From Candidatus Zambryskiibacteriota bacterium (GTDB taxonomy: Bacteria > Patescibacteriota > Minisyncoccia > Phycocordibacterales > Zambryskibacteraceae), in contig JACOVQ010000002.1 of the NCBI GenBank assembly GCA_016177225.1, positions 1-59,652 on the forward strand: DNA of 59,652 bases. The letters run 5' to 3'. Below, in pieces: positions 44,418-53,953 of the stretch. Below the pieces are notes generated by a model that was not told the DNA's origin, did not search any database, and was given only the letters and a program-made list of their open reading frames with translations. Each line of letters starts with the position of its first letter. Position 1 is the stretch's first letter. Made by a program: the position numbers and the translations under genes.

Positions 44418-45501
44418 TTCTTTGTAGGAATTCTATGATTTTCCTTGCTTTATTTTCCCACGTAAATTCTTTTAGTTTTTCATATGCCAATGTGGCCTTC
44501 TCTGAAACTTCTCCCAGATTCTCTTCAGAAATCACATATTTTATAGTGTCGGCTAGGCTCACTTCACTATCTGGAACAAATGTAAATCCACAATCTTTTA
44601 AGATTTCTTCAGTCAAATCAAGTTTTGAATAAACAATCGGTTTTTCGGCCGCCATATATTCATACACTTTCATGGGAAAGCCGTAATTCCTGAAATGCGG
44701 CCTGTCAGGATAAGGGATAACCAAGACATTCATCGCTTGTTCAATATTAAATATTTCTTTTTGATCAGGTATTTTTTCTATAAAGATACACTGATTGCGA
44801 ACCCCTATCTCTCCGGCAAGAGTCTCGTATGCAGAAACTTCATTTTTCTTACCCCCGACAAAAACCATAAGCGTATCTTGATTTAAAAATTTTAAAGAGC
44901 GAATCATTATATCAATTCCTTTTTCCATACCCATAGTTCTGAATAAGCCAATATAACCTATAAGAACTTTGTCGGTGGGAATACCGTACTTCTTTTTTGT
45001 CGCAGATGAATCTACATTGCCAAAATCGGCAAGATTTACGCCGCCGTAAACAACCAGCGCTTTTTCGCTTGGCACTCCTATTTCCAAAAGCGACTTCTTG
45101 AGCTTCTCTGATGTCGTAATCAAACTATCGCTGTTTTTAGATATAAAACGATCTTTCCAATCGTCATGGAGCATGTGCCAATCAGACGTAATCCTGAATT
45201 TAAGAGAAAAAAGTTTTTTCCAAAAAATAACAATCCATAAAAGATGGGGGTCGCTCGCGAACAAAACTGTTTTGTTGTCAGTCTTTACCTTAAACAAAAG
45301 AAAGTATGGCAGCCAGAAGAAATAACCAAGATAAGGGATGACAAAGTGAAAGAATCCCGCACCGTTCAAACGAAAATTGAGATTAACAAGCTGATACCGA
45401 TTACCTAAGATTTTTGCAAACTGTTTTGTAAGACTCGAAATGTATATACTGTCAGCGCTAAGAGACTCGAATCTTTTGGCTGTTAAGTGTATGAGCTTCA
45501 T
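44410..45501 (-). CDS. Family 4 (GT-B) glycosyltransferase
   Basis: IGYIGLFRTMGMEKGID, FPMKVYEYMAAEKPIV. Confidence 0.75.
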   Translation of the reverse strand: MKLIHLTAKRFESLSADSIYISSLTKQFAKILGNRYQLVNLNFRLNGAGFFHFVIPYLGYFFWLPYFLLFKVKTDNKTVLFASDPHLLWIVIFWKKLFSLKFRITSDWHMLHDDWKDRFISKNSDSLITTSEKLKKSLLEIGVPSEKALVVYGGVNLADFGNVDSSATKKKYGIPTDKVLIGYIGLFRTMGMEKGIDIMIRSLKFLNQDTLMVFVGGKKNEVSAYETLAGEIGVRNQCIFIEKIPDQKEIFNIEQAMNVLVIPYPDRPHFRNYGFPMKVYEYMAAEKPIVYSKLDLTEEILKDCGFTFVPDSEVSLADTIKYVISEENLGEVSEKATLAYEKLKEFTWENKARKIIEFLQRNG

Positions 45502-46091
45502 TATTTGATGGCGTAGATATAATAGCCAGAAGTGGTAGTCCTATTTTCCGTCTTAAATAATGTATCCAAAAAGTTTGCGGTAGGGTCAATAAGAAATCTC
45601 AATTTGTGCTGAAACGGAATAAAAAAGGAAAGCGCTTTAAAATATCCGCCCCTTTTTTGTACTTCAACTCTCGAGAAATCTTTGAAAAGTAATTTAACGG
45701 CATCTCCAAAGAATCTCCAGTAATCAAGATAATGCCCTGCACGAGCGTGGTACGGATATATAGAAGGAATATGAACAAATATCTTCCCGCCAACCCTTAA
45801 AATCCTGTAAAGCTCTTTTATCGCGACTGAAGGATTTTCCACATGCTCTAACACACAATTGCAGATAACCGCATCAACAGACTCTTCTCCCAGAGGAATG
45901 CTAAGAATATCGCCGACAATGTCAGCGCCGGTTGATTCGTCATAGTCGAATGTTTTATATTCGCAATCTTTAAACAAATGCTTATATGTCGAAAGCCATT
46001 TACCAAAACGCTCTCCACCCCCTATATCCAATACGGTTTTCTCTTTCGCTATTTCCGCTATCTTTTCGTTTATAAATTTATTGTATTTCAT
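45501..46091 (-). CDS. Class I SAM-dependent methyltransferase
   Basis: VLDIGGGERFG, VDAVICNCVLEHVENP, LRVGGKIFVHIP. Confidence 0.75.
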   Translation of the reverse strand: MKYNKFINEKIAEIAKEKTVLDIGGGERFGKWLSTYKHLFKDCEYKTFDYDESTGADIVGDILSIPLGEESVDAVICNCVLEHVENPSVAIKELYRILRVGGKIFVHIPSIYPYHARAGHYLDYWRFFGDAVKLLFKDFSRVEVQKRGGYFKALSFFIPFQHKLRFLIDPTANFLDTLFKTENRTTTSGYYIYAIK

Positions 46092-46969
46092 AATTCTTTC
46101 TTTAATTTATCCATGAGAACCTTGAGACTGTACGCTTCCAAATTTAGATTTTTAACATCAGGATTTTTAACGAACAATTTAGCTCCGCAGGCATGAGCTT
46201 CAAAAATCGTTTTATCGAAACTGCCGATTGGAGTAAAATTGGCATAAATTTCGTGTGATTGGTAAAGCCTTCGTGCTTCTTCTTGAGTCACCGGACCAAG
46301 AAATTTAATTTTGTCATTTAGATTGAGCTTAACTTGTTCTCCATACTCTTTGTCTGTTGGCAATATTGGTCCGGCAATAGTCGCCTGACATCCATTTTCT
46401 TTCACCCAATCTATAAATTCTAAAACTTTTTTAACGGGAGAAATTCGCCCCAAGAAAAGAACTGCATTTGGAATCCTCACAACACTTGAATCTGGCTTGA
46501 AGAAATCTGTATCAATCCCCACTGGCATTTGCACTGATTTTTTGAAGCGAGCAGTGTACGAGCTTGGCGAAGTATAGAAAACTTTATTAGACACAAGCAC
46601 AGCAAATCTCGTCCAGAGATTGCCTTTAGCATGGTTGCGCCAAAGATAAATCTTTTTGCCCCATAATTTCCAAAATTTCCAACCAAGCAATACATATTCC
46701 TGATTCATATGGATAAAGACGGCATCATAGTTTTTTCTCTCAGACCAAATATATTTGTAGAAATTCAGAATATAGCCTAATTTCGAAGCTTTTCTTTCTT
46801 TTCCTAACGACAGAACCTTAATATTACTTGGCAAATTATACTCGCCTTTTTCAAGACAAATAACTGTCACTTTTTCAAAATTTTTCACAAACTCTTCCAG
46901 CCATCGATGGAAAAATCCAAGTATTGGATCATTCTTATCCACTTTCTGCGTAATGATGAGCAATCTCAT
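46088..46969 (-). CDS. GT-B glycosyltransferase (short)
   Basis: VLFLGRISPVKK, FDKTIFEAHACGAKLF. Confidence 0.6.
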   Translation of the reverse strand: MRLLIITQKVDKNDPILGFFHRWLEEFVKNFEKVTVICLEKGEYNLPSNIKVLSLGKERKASKLGYILNFYKYIWSERKNYDAVFIHMNQEYVLLGWKFWKLWGKKIYLWRNHAKGNLWTRFAVLVSNKVFYTSPSSYTARFKKSVQMPVGIDTDFFKPDSSVVRIPNAVLFLGRISPVKKVLEFIDWVKENGCQATIAGPILPTDKEYGEQVKLNLNDKIKFLGPVTQEEARRLYQSHEIYANFTPIGSFDKTIFEAHACGAKLFVKNPDVKNLNLEAYSLKVLMDKLKKEL

Positions 46970-48048
46970 TTAATTTTCTTGGCAGTATTTTCCCAATTTT
47001 CTTTTAACTTTGAAAGATACTGTTCTTTGGATAAAAGTTTTGATTCAAGAGTTTTTTTTAGATTAAATCTTAGGTTTTCTCTCTTCTGATTACTCTCAAT
47101 CAGTTCGATAATGCCTAAAGCAAATAAGTCTGGTCGAGATGCCGGGTAAATATATGCGTCTTTGCCATTTTCCAACTCTTGGGCAATACCTACCGGCGTA
47201 GTCACTACCGGCAAACCGGATAGTCCAGCTTCCACCAAAGACAATCCATAACCTTCAAAAAGAGACGTCTGGATAAAAGCATTGGCAGTTTTGTAAAATG
47301 ATGCTAATTCATTTTGCCATCCGGCAAAATACACTGCAGTTTCTAGACCCATTTTCTTTACCAAATTTTTGAGTCTAGATTCTTCAGGGCCAGAACCGAC
47401 AATGACAAGACCTGTATCAGGATATTTTTCTCTGACTAAAGAGAGTATTTGAATCGCCAAATCCAAATTTTTCTCCTTAGATAAGCGCGAGACGGCAAGC
47501 AAGATAAAATGCCACGGGTAGAGAGCGTGAAGGTCAAATTTAATCGGCGCATTCTCGATTTTTTCCTTATCAACATAAATCGGCAGTGTTTTGACATCTC
47601 TGACACTGTCCGCTTTAGCAAGGACGGTCCTTGCTATAATTTTCCTGATGTAATTTAGAAAGCCGGAAAAATACGGAGAGTTTGGGTCCGTGTGAATCTG
47701 CACTTCAAGAGGCAAGCGCCATCTTTTTTTAATTTTTAAGCCGGTCCAGCCTGATTCAAACGGGTCCTGGGTTGTGATGACAGATTCTCCTCTGACAAAT
47801 TTTCTATCAAAGACGATTTTCTTCCCAATACGCGCCGCGTCGAAAACGTAAAACCACCTACTCCACGAGTTCGTGGGGTATATCCAAATATTTTGGCCAA
47901 GCTGTTTCGGTTTCAATTCCAATGATTTCAATGCGAAGACAACGACATGATACTCCTCAACCATTTCGGCATATTCTTTAATACGTTCTGAAACAGCACT
48001 GTCTTCTTCAAAAAGCCTTCTATCAGAGCTTATGCTTAAAACTTTCAT
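46966..48048 (-). CDS. Family 4 glycosyltransferase
   Basis: MKVLSISSD, LAVSRLSKEKNLD, EGYGLSLVEAGLSGLPVVTTPVG. Start taken at the internal ATG 48048. Confidence 0.75.
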   Translation of the reverse strand: MKVLSISSDRRLFEEDSAVSERIKEYAEMVEEYHVVVFALKSLELKPKQLGQNIWIYPTNSWSRWFYVFDAARIGKKIVFDRKFVRGESVITTQDPFESGWTGLKIKKRWRLPLEVQIHTDPNSPYFSGFLNYIRKIIARTVLAKADSVRDVKTLPIYVDKEKIENAPIKFDLHALYPWHFILLAVSRLSKEKNLDLAIQILSLVREKYPDTGLVIVGSGPEESRLKNLVKKMGLETAVYFAGWQNELASFYKTANAFIQTSLFEGYGLSLVEAGLSGLPVVTTPVGIAQELENGKDAYIYPASRPDLFALGIIELIESNQKRENLRFNLKKTLESKLLSKEQYLSKLKENWENTAKKIK

Positions 48049-48078
48049 GTTTATTGGCGCTATTATATACTTTTCTCT

Positions 48079-49233
48079 ATGAAAATCCTTATAGCTACGC
48101 CAATTTATCCGCCGGAAATCGGCGGCCCAGCCACTTATACCAAGGAGCTTTCTCGTCAATTACAAAATAAACACAAGCTTACGATAGTAGCTTATACGGA
48201 TGTACACGATCCATTTCCTGGTACGACTTTAGTAGCTATTTCGAAACAAGAACCTCTGCCTATACGTTTGCTGAAATTTTTTCTAGCCGTTTTTAAACTT
48301 TCGAGGGAGGCTGATCTTATTTATGTCCAGAATGCTATGGCCGCCGGATTACCAGTGGCCTTAGTAAATTTATTCACAGGCAAACCTTTTGTTCTCAAAT
48401 TTGTTGGCGACGAAGCTTGGGAGAGAGCAACGCAACATCATCTAACTGAAAAAAGGTTGGAAGAATTTTTAGAAGCTCCTGAAGGCAATTGGAAAACTAA
48501 AGCGATGATGATGGTCCAAGGTTGGGTATTGCGCCGCGCCAAAATTGTGACCACTCCTTCTCTCTATCTTTCTAAAGAAATTATCAAAGCTTATGGAGTC
48601 CATCCTGAAAGAGCTATCGTCAATTACAATGCTGCCGACGATACAGTAAAAAATCTCCCATTTGGCACCACGCGTATCCCCCACCAGATAGCCACCACGG
48701 CTCGTTTAGTCGTATGGAAAGGAATTGATGGCATCATTAGAGCACTGCCTCTCGTTCAAGAAAAATACAAGGATGCCCGATTGGTAGTGGCTGGTGATGG
48801 TCCTGAGATAGATAATTTAAATAAACTGATCAAAGAACTCCACCTTGAAGGAAGCGTTACACTTCTCGGTAAAATCTCTCGAGTAGAAACATGGCAATTG
48901 CGCAAAAATTCTGAAATCTATGTATTAAACTCGACTTATGAAGGACTGCCACATACAGTGCTTACAAGTTTTGCAGCAGAGATACCAACAGTAGCTACAA
49001 ATATTTCTGGTACTAATGAAGCCATATATGGCGAAAAGACTGGACTATTAGTAGAGCCGGGCGATACTCAAGCCTTGGCTCATGCCATCATGCGTCTTTT
49101 TGAAGACAAAGCTCTACGAGAAAGATTGGTAGTAAATGGTACAAAACTTCTCAAAGAGAAATTCTCATGGGAAGCGCATGTCAGAAATCTTGAAGGTCTC
49201 TTCAGACTAGCGATGAGAAAGCCAGGTAAGTAA
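48079..49233 (+). CDS. Family 4 glycosyltransferase
   Basis: MKILIATPIYPPEIGGPATY, ARLVVWKGIDG, EGLPHTVLTSFAAEIPTVATNISG. Confidence 0.8.
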   Translation: MKILIATPIYPPEIGGPATYTKELSRQLQNKHKLTIVAYTDVHDPFPGTTLVAISKQEPLPIRLLKFFLAVFKLSREADLIYVQNAMAAGLPVALVNLFTGKPFVLKFVGDEAWERATQHHLTEKRLEEFLEAPEGNWKTKAMMMVQGWVLRRAKIVTTPSLYLSKEIIKAYGVHPERAIVNYNAADDTVKNLPFGTTRIPHQIATTARLVVWKGIDGIIRALPLVQEKYKDARLVVAGDGPEIDNLNKLIKELHLEGSVTLLGKISRVETWQLRKNSEIYVLNSTYEGLPHTVLTSFAAEIPTVATNISGTNEAIYGEKTGLLVEPGDTQALAHAIMRLFEDKALRERLVVNGTKLLKEKFSWEAHVRNLEGLFRLAMRKPGK

Positions 49234-50157
49234 TCTACCAATACCCTTTTCTATTTTCATTTTAGGCTCCCAGCCAAGCAGTTTTTTAGCCTTAGAAATA
49301 TCCGCATAAGTTGATTCCATACTGACAGAATTACTTGGTCGACTTTTGACATTGGCTTTCTTGCCACTGACCTTCTCGAATATTGAAACCAATTCCTTCA
49401 GTGAAACAGGGCTAGAGTTGCCAATATTTATAATTTCGAAGCCAAGTGGTTTTTCTAATGCCAAAACAGTTGCGTCTACCACGTCTCCTACATAAGTATA
49501 ATCGCGCTTACGACTGCCATCTCCAGAAATTTCTATTTCTTCGTCACTAAGAATGGCTTTACCCCAAATGTACGGAACAAGGTCGGGACGATTGTTCTCC
49601 CCGTAAGCGTTGAAGTAGCGTAGGCAAGTGATGTTAAGGTTGTGATTACGATGATAAGTATAAGCAAGAAGTTCACAGGCTCGTTTGGTCGCTCCATAAG
49701 GAGAAACTGGTTTGTCTGTGAGATGGTCTTCGCTCCAGGGCATATTAGGGTCATCTCCGTAGACAGAACCAGATGAAGCTATTACCAAGTTTTTAACGTT
49801 GAAATCGCGTGATAGCTCTAAAATATTGATAGTGCCTTCTATGTTTATACTTACGTAAGGATAGGGGTCTTTGGCAGCATTTCTGACATTAGCACGAGCG
49901 GCCAGATGCGCTATATACTGCGGTTTCTCTTTTTCAAATATATCTTTGAGAGCTTCTTTCTCTCGAATATCGACTCTGTATAAAATAAAATTTTTATCAC
50001 TAAGAACAGATTTAATATTCTTTTCTTTAAAAGATGCTTCGTATAAACCATCATCAAAGTTATCAACCCCGACTACTTTATTCCCCTTCTTCAAAAGAGC
50101 TTCAACCAAATTTGAGCCAATGAAGCCGGCAGCACCTGTAACAAGGACGGTTTCCAT
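49207..50157 (-). CDS. NAD-dependent nucleotide-sugar epimerase (GalE/UDP-glucuronate epimerase-like)
   Basis: VLVTGAAGFIGSNLVEALL, ASSGSVYG, YGATKRACE. Confidence 0.8.
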   Translation of the reverse strand: METVLVTGAAGFIGSNLVEALLKKGNKVVGVDNFDDGLYEASFKEKNIKSVLSDKNFILYRVDIREKEALKDIFEKEKPQYIAHLAARANVRNAAKDPYPYVSINIEGTINILELSRDFNVKNLVIASSGSVYGDDPNMPWSEDHLTDKPVSPYGATKRACELLAYTYHRNHNLNITCLRYFNAYGENNRPDLVPYIWGKAILSDEEIEISGDGSRKRDYTYVGDVVDATVLALEKPLGFEIINIGNSSPVSLKELVSIFEKVSGKKANVKSRPSNSVSMESTYADISKAKKLLGWEPKMKIEKGIGRLLTWLSHR

Positions 50158-50252
50158 AAATTGCGTAATGTTTAAGGCTACTATAAGCTTAAAAAGCTGT
50201 GGAATCAACCCTGAAGTTTTTGGGTTTTACCCTAGATGCCGAACAGCCTCAT

Positions 50253-51227
50253 ATGTCAGGTGAGCGCTTTTTAATGATGAAAGACAAGTCTGTTTTGGTT
50301 GCTACAGACGAAAAGGGGCGCAAAGTTATCGTCAAAATAGCAGATATACCAGGGGGACAGAAAGAAATCGAACACGAGAAACAGACTCGAGATCTTTTGA
50401 AATCAATGGTTTTCGCCAACGACAAAATTCTCTTCCCCACTGAAACATATTTTGGTAAAAAGAATGGTTACTTGATATGGGCTACAGAATTTGTACCTCA
50501 AGAGAAAGTTTACGTAGCACATACATTAGAAGAACAATTTTTCCTCATTTTGAAAGCTTTAGAAGAACAAGAAGCCTTTCATGCTACGACTTTCGAGCAC
50601 TTGAAATCAGTAGATGGATTCTTCCCAGTTTATACTACACAAACATATCTTAAAAAATTTGAGGAATTTAAAAAGAAAGTATCAACTCACAATGATAAAA
50701 ATATTATAGAAACATTAGAGAAAGCTGAACAATTTTTGGTAGCCAATAAAAAGACTCTCAATAAATATGTCAATTATCTGACTCATACGGATTTCGTACC
50801 TCACAACTTCCGAGTGAGAGACAAGAGCATATACATGCTTGACCTTTCGGCAGTCCACTTCGGCAACAAATATGAGGGCTGGGCACGCTTCTTAAACTAT
50901 ATGGTTATCCATAACCCAAAGCTTGAGAAGTTCCTAGCTGATTATGTCAGAGAAAATCGCGGAGAAGAAGAATATTTTTGCTTGAGATTAATGCGGGTCT
51001 ATAAACTAGGGTTTCTTTTAGACTTCTACGTTAGATCTCTGAATAAAACGGAAGGAAATCTTAAAGAATTAACTCTTGAACGTATAGATTTCTGGCATCA
51101 AATTCTCAAATATATTTTGAATGACGAAAAGATCCCTGAAAACTTTGTGGAAGAATACAAGAAAAAACGTGACGATCTTCGAAGCGAAGATGAGAAAAAA
51201 CGTCAGAGAGAATTCGCTATCGCCTAA
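50253..51227 (+). CDS. Aminoglycoside/choline-kinase-like phosphotransferase (start uncertain)
   Basis: LTHTDFVPHNFRV (HxDxxxxN) and MLDLSAVHFGNKYEGWARF. The tracked GTG at 50199 is also possible. Confidence 0.55.
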   Translation: MSGERFLMMKDKSVLVATDEKGRKVIVKIADIPGGQKEIEHEKQTRDLLKSMVFANDKILFPTETYFGKKNGYLIWATEFVPQEKVYVAHTLEEQFFLILKALEEQEAFHATTFEHLKSVDGFFPVYTTQTYLKKFEEFKKKVSTHNDKNIIETLEKAEQFLVANKKTLNKYVNYLTHTDFVPHNFRVRDKSIYMLDLSAVHFGNKYEGWARFLNYMVIHNPKLEKFLADYVRENRGEEEYFCLRLMRVYKLGFLLDFYVRSLNKTEGNLKELTLERIDFWHQILKYILNDEKIPENFVEEYKKKRDDLRSEDEKKRQREFAIA

Positions 51228-51997
51228 ATCACTGCTTTCAAAGCATCCAGAACCTCTCTGTTATTTGCTGCCACTAGCATCTGCGGAGTCTTGGATACAG
51301 CATCAATAGGCCCGGATTTTCCTTCTATTATTCCACCGGCTTCTCGCAGAATTCCTATCGCTGCTATAGAATCTAGCGTGGTTAAGTTGGCATATATGCA
51401 AGCTTCGGACCTGCCTGAAGCCACAAAACATATGTCCAATGCTGAAGATGACATGCCTCTAACTGAGTGAGTGTTTTCTAAGAGAAATCTATATACTTTA
51501 GCTCCCCAATCCCAATATTCTTTAGTGCGGCCAGTAGTTAGAAAGACTACTGACTTATTTAATTCAGTCTTATCAGAAACATTGATTGGCTTACTATTGA
51601 GAAAAGCTCCTTTATCTTTCTCAAAACTAAACAACTCTTTAGTCACCGGATTATAGACAGCACCAACAACCGACTCGCCATTTTCTACATAGGCGATAAC
51701 TGTCGAGAAGAAGGGTAGGTCTCTGACAAAATTTTTTGTGCCATCGATTGGATCAAGTGCCCAGAAAGAACCACCCACAATATCAACATCTGCCTCTTCG
51801 GAATAAATAGTTTCTCCGGGAAAAGTCTCTTTTATATGGTCAGATATAAAATTACTGATTTCAATATCAACATTCGTTACTAGATCTCTCGGGTCATTAT
51901 TTTTAATAGAAACAACAAGATATTTTTCTTTAAGCATTAAAATCTTCTCTCCTGCTTCTCTCGCTAAATTTACAGTAAATTTGTATCTCTCTGACAT
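51224..51997 (-). CDS. Inositol monophosphatase-family phosphatase
   Basis: IYSEE and WALDPIDGTKNF, plus the C-terminal family motif region. Start taken at MSERYKF. Confidence 0.8.
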   Translation of the reverse strand: MSERYKFTVNLAREAGEKILMLKEKYLVVSIKNNDPRDLVTNVDIEISNFISDHIKETFPGETIYSEEADVDIVGGSFWALDPIDGTKNFVRDLPFFSTVIAYVENGESVVGAVYNPVTKELFSFEKDKGAFLNSKPINVSDKTELNKSVVFLTTGRTKEYWDWGAKVYRFLLENTHSVRGMSSSALDICFVASGRSEACIYANLTTLDSIAAIGILREAGGIIEGKSGPIDAVSKTPQMLVAANNREVLDALKAVI

Positions 51998-52010
51998 ATG
52001 GCAACTATAA

Positions 52011-52048
52011 CACAAAAAGAAAAGGCCCCGGCGCGTAAACACGCCGGG
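52011..52048 (-). terminator. Rho-independent terminator after 52062..52784
   Basis: CCCGGCG-CGTAAACA-CGCCGGG, followed on the minus strand by CCTTTTCTTTTTGTG. Confidence 0.6.
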
Positions 52049-52061
52049 AACCTGAAACGAG

Positions 52062-52784
52062 CTACTCCACAATCTCGATGTGCCGGTTGAGCCATTCAAT
52101 GGTTTTGCCAGCTCTCTGAGCTTCTTTCTCTTGCCGTTCTCGTTTGGTTTCTTTCACTTCCTTGTGACGATTCCGGCCATCTTCCGAATGGCGAATACTA
52201 AGTTGGCCATCAACCCCAGATATAAGCGCCGCGCACTGACCGTACTTCCTTGTAATTCTGATGAGAGGAGTTATTTCTTCAACCCCCACCTCACTGTCAA
52301 ACCAGCCGACACGCTTGAGAGCATTGAGCTCCCAGAATGCCAGCGTGTTCTCGATTTGCATTTCGTGCACGTCGTCGAGTTCCTTAATCCGCACACCGAC
52401 CACTCTCATGCCAACACCGAACTGAGCCATAGCTCTTCTTACCACATCTTCATCCAGGTAGGATATTGCTTTGTTTGACGCAATAAGAACATGGGTAAAG
52501 TTGTGAAATGCTAGGTCTTTCAGCACCACGTTAATAGCAAAAGAGCTGTGATGTCCCTCGGCCGAAACTACATCTGCCTTGCTAAAATTCAGTAAGGCCT
52601 CATCAAGAGCATGCGATGTCCCGCCGAAATCGTAATCTGTTGGAACGAGAAAGCATGTCTTGGTTACAGATGGAATTTCTTGCATCCGTCGAGCAGTCTC
52701 AACTGCCCTTTTAACGACTTCGTCCAGTAATTTTGCCTCCTTCGCATAAGAGCGAAAAAGAGCACAAACCACATTGTTGCGCAC
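52062..52784 (-). CDS. Hypothetical protein (240 aa), G+C-rich, GTG start
   Basis: No motif recognised. Lys/Glu/Arg-rich C-terminus. GAGAGGTG Shine-Dalgarno-like sequence 4 nt upstream of the GTG. Confidence 0.5.
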   Translation of the reverse strand: MRNNVVCALFRSYAKEAKLLDEVVKRAVETARRMQEIPSVTKTCFLVPTDYDFGGTSHALDEALLNFSKADVVSAEGHHSSFAINVVLKDLAFHNFTHVLIASNKAISYLDEDVVRRAMAQFGVGMRVVGVRIKELDDVHEMQIENTLAFWELNALKRVGWFDSEVGVEEITPLIRITRKYGQCAALISGVDGQLSIRHSEDGRNRHKEVKETKRERQEKEAQRAGKTIEWLNRHIEIVE

Positions 52785-52867
52785 TTAACACCTCTCTTTC
52801 TTTCCCGAATCGAAAAAATTGAAAATCCTGTTATAGAATACCACACTTCGTATCAAAGAGTCAATAG

Positions 52868-53953
52868 CTATAAAATTGGCTCAAATACTCGCTTTTTCAT
52901 GTCTCGAGCAATCAAATCCCAGTCATATTTTTCTTCTACCATTTTTTTGGCACTTGCAATAATTTTATTTCTTAGCGATTCGTCTTTTATCAATCTCTCC
53001 ACTTGTTCGGCAATACTTTGTGGATTACTGACTTCACAAAAAAGTCCAGTTTCCTTGTCTTTCAAAAAATCCGGTATGCCGCCAACAGGCGTGGCAATAA
53101 CCGGTAATCCCGCCGCCATCGCTTCGATAAACGAAATCCCCTGCCCTTCCGAGAGCGAAGGCCGTATGAAAATATCCGCTTGATGTAAATATCTTGGTAT
53201 CTCTTCTTGACCCACATTTCCCAAAAATTTAACCATGTTCTCTAATTTTAAATTTTTTGTTTTTAATTTTAAACTTTCCTCCAGCGGCCCACTGCCAAGA
53301 ATTTGCAATTCTATATTTTCCGGCATAAACTTTACGGCTTCAATAATATCTCCTACCGCATTTTTCTCCACCAATCGCGACGTCGTAATGAGTGTGATTC
53401 TATCTTTTTGTAATTTGTCATTTGTAATTTGGAATTTCGCCATGTCTACTCCGTTAGGGATTACCAGCACATCGTCTCTTTTTGCCCATTTTGCCAAGAA
53501 GGTCGATATGGCTTGAATTTTAGCCGCATGTTTGATGCCATAATGAAGCAACGGGCGAAATGGCAATGTAAACCATCGATTGAAGACATGTTCGAACGGG
53601 TCGCCATCTTGAAGAGTCAGAACATAAGGCGCTCGCCCGGCAAGAACCGCCGGAAAAAGCATATAAGTCATGATGCACCAATAAAAATCATACTTCCTTC
53701 GCAAAGCAAACAGAGTGGCTCGCGGTACAAAAAGAATCTTATTTAAATATGATGCGTTATTCCCCACTCGGTACACGTTAATATTGCCTATCTTTTCAAA
53801 TTTAGGGTGTGATTTGCTAAACCGCATCGTAACCATGTCCCATTCAATGTCATTCGTGGAGATTCGTGTCGTAATTTCCTTAACAGCGACTTCAGCGCCG
53901 CCCACAACAGGAAAATATGACAAGGAAAATATTAGGATTTTTTTAAGAGCCAT
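52868..53953 (-). CDS. Family 4 glycosyltransferase
   Basis: ILIFSLSYFPVVGGAEVAV, TSRLVEKNAVGD, EGQGISFIEAMAAGLPVIATPVGG. Confidence 0.8.
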   Translation of the reverse strand: MALKKILIFSLSYFPVVGGAEVAVKEITTRISTNDIEWDMVTMRFSKSHPKFEKIGNINVYRVGNNASYLNKILFVPRATLFALRRKYDFYWCIMTYMLFPAVLAGRAPYVLTLQDGDPFEHVFNRWFTLPFRPLLHYGIKHAAKIQAISTFLAKWAKRDDVLVIPNGVDMAKFQITNDKLQKDRITLITTSRLVEKNAVGDIIEAVKFMPENIELQILGSGPLEESLKLKTKNLKLENMVKFLGNVGQEEIPRYLHQADIFIRPSLSEGQGISFIEAMAAGLPVIATPVGGIPDFLKDKETGLFCEVSNPQSIAEQVERLIKDESLRNKIIASAKKMVEEKYDWDLIARDMKKRVFEPIL

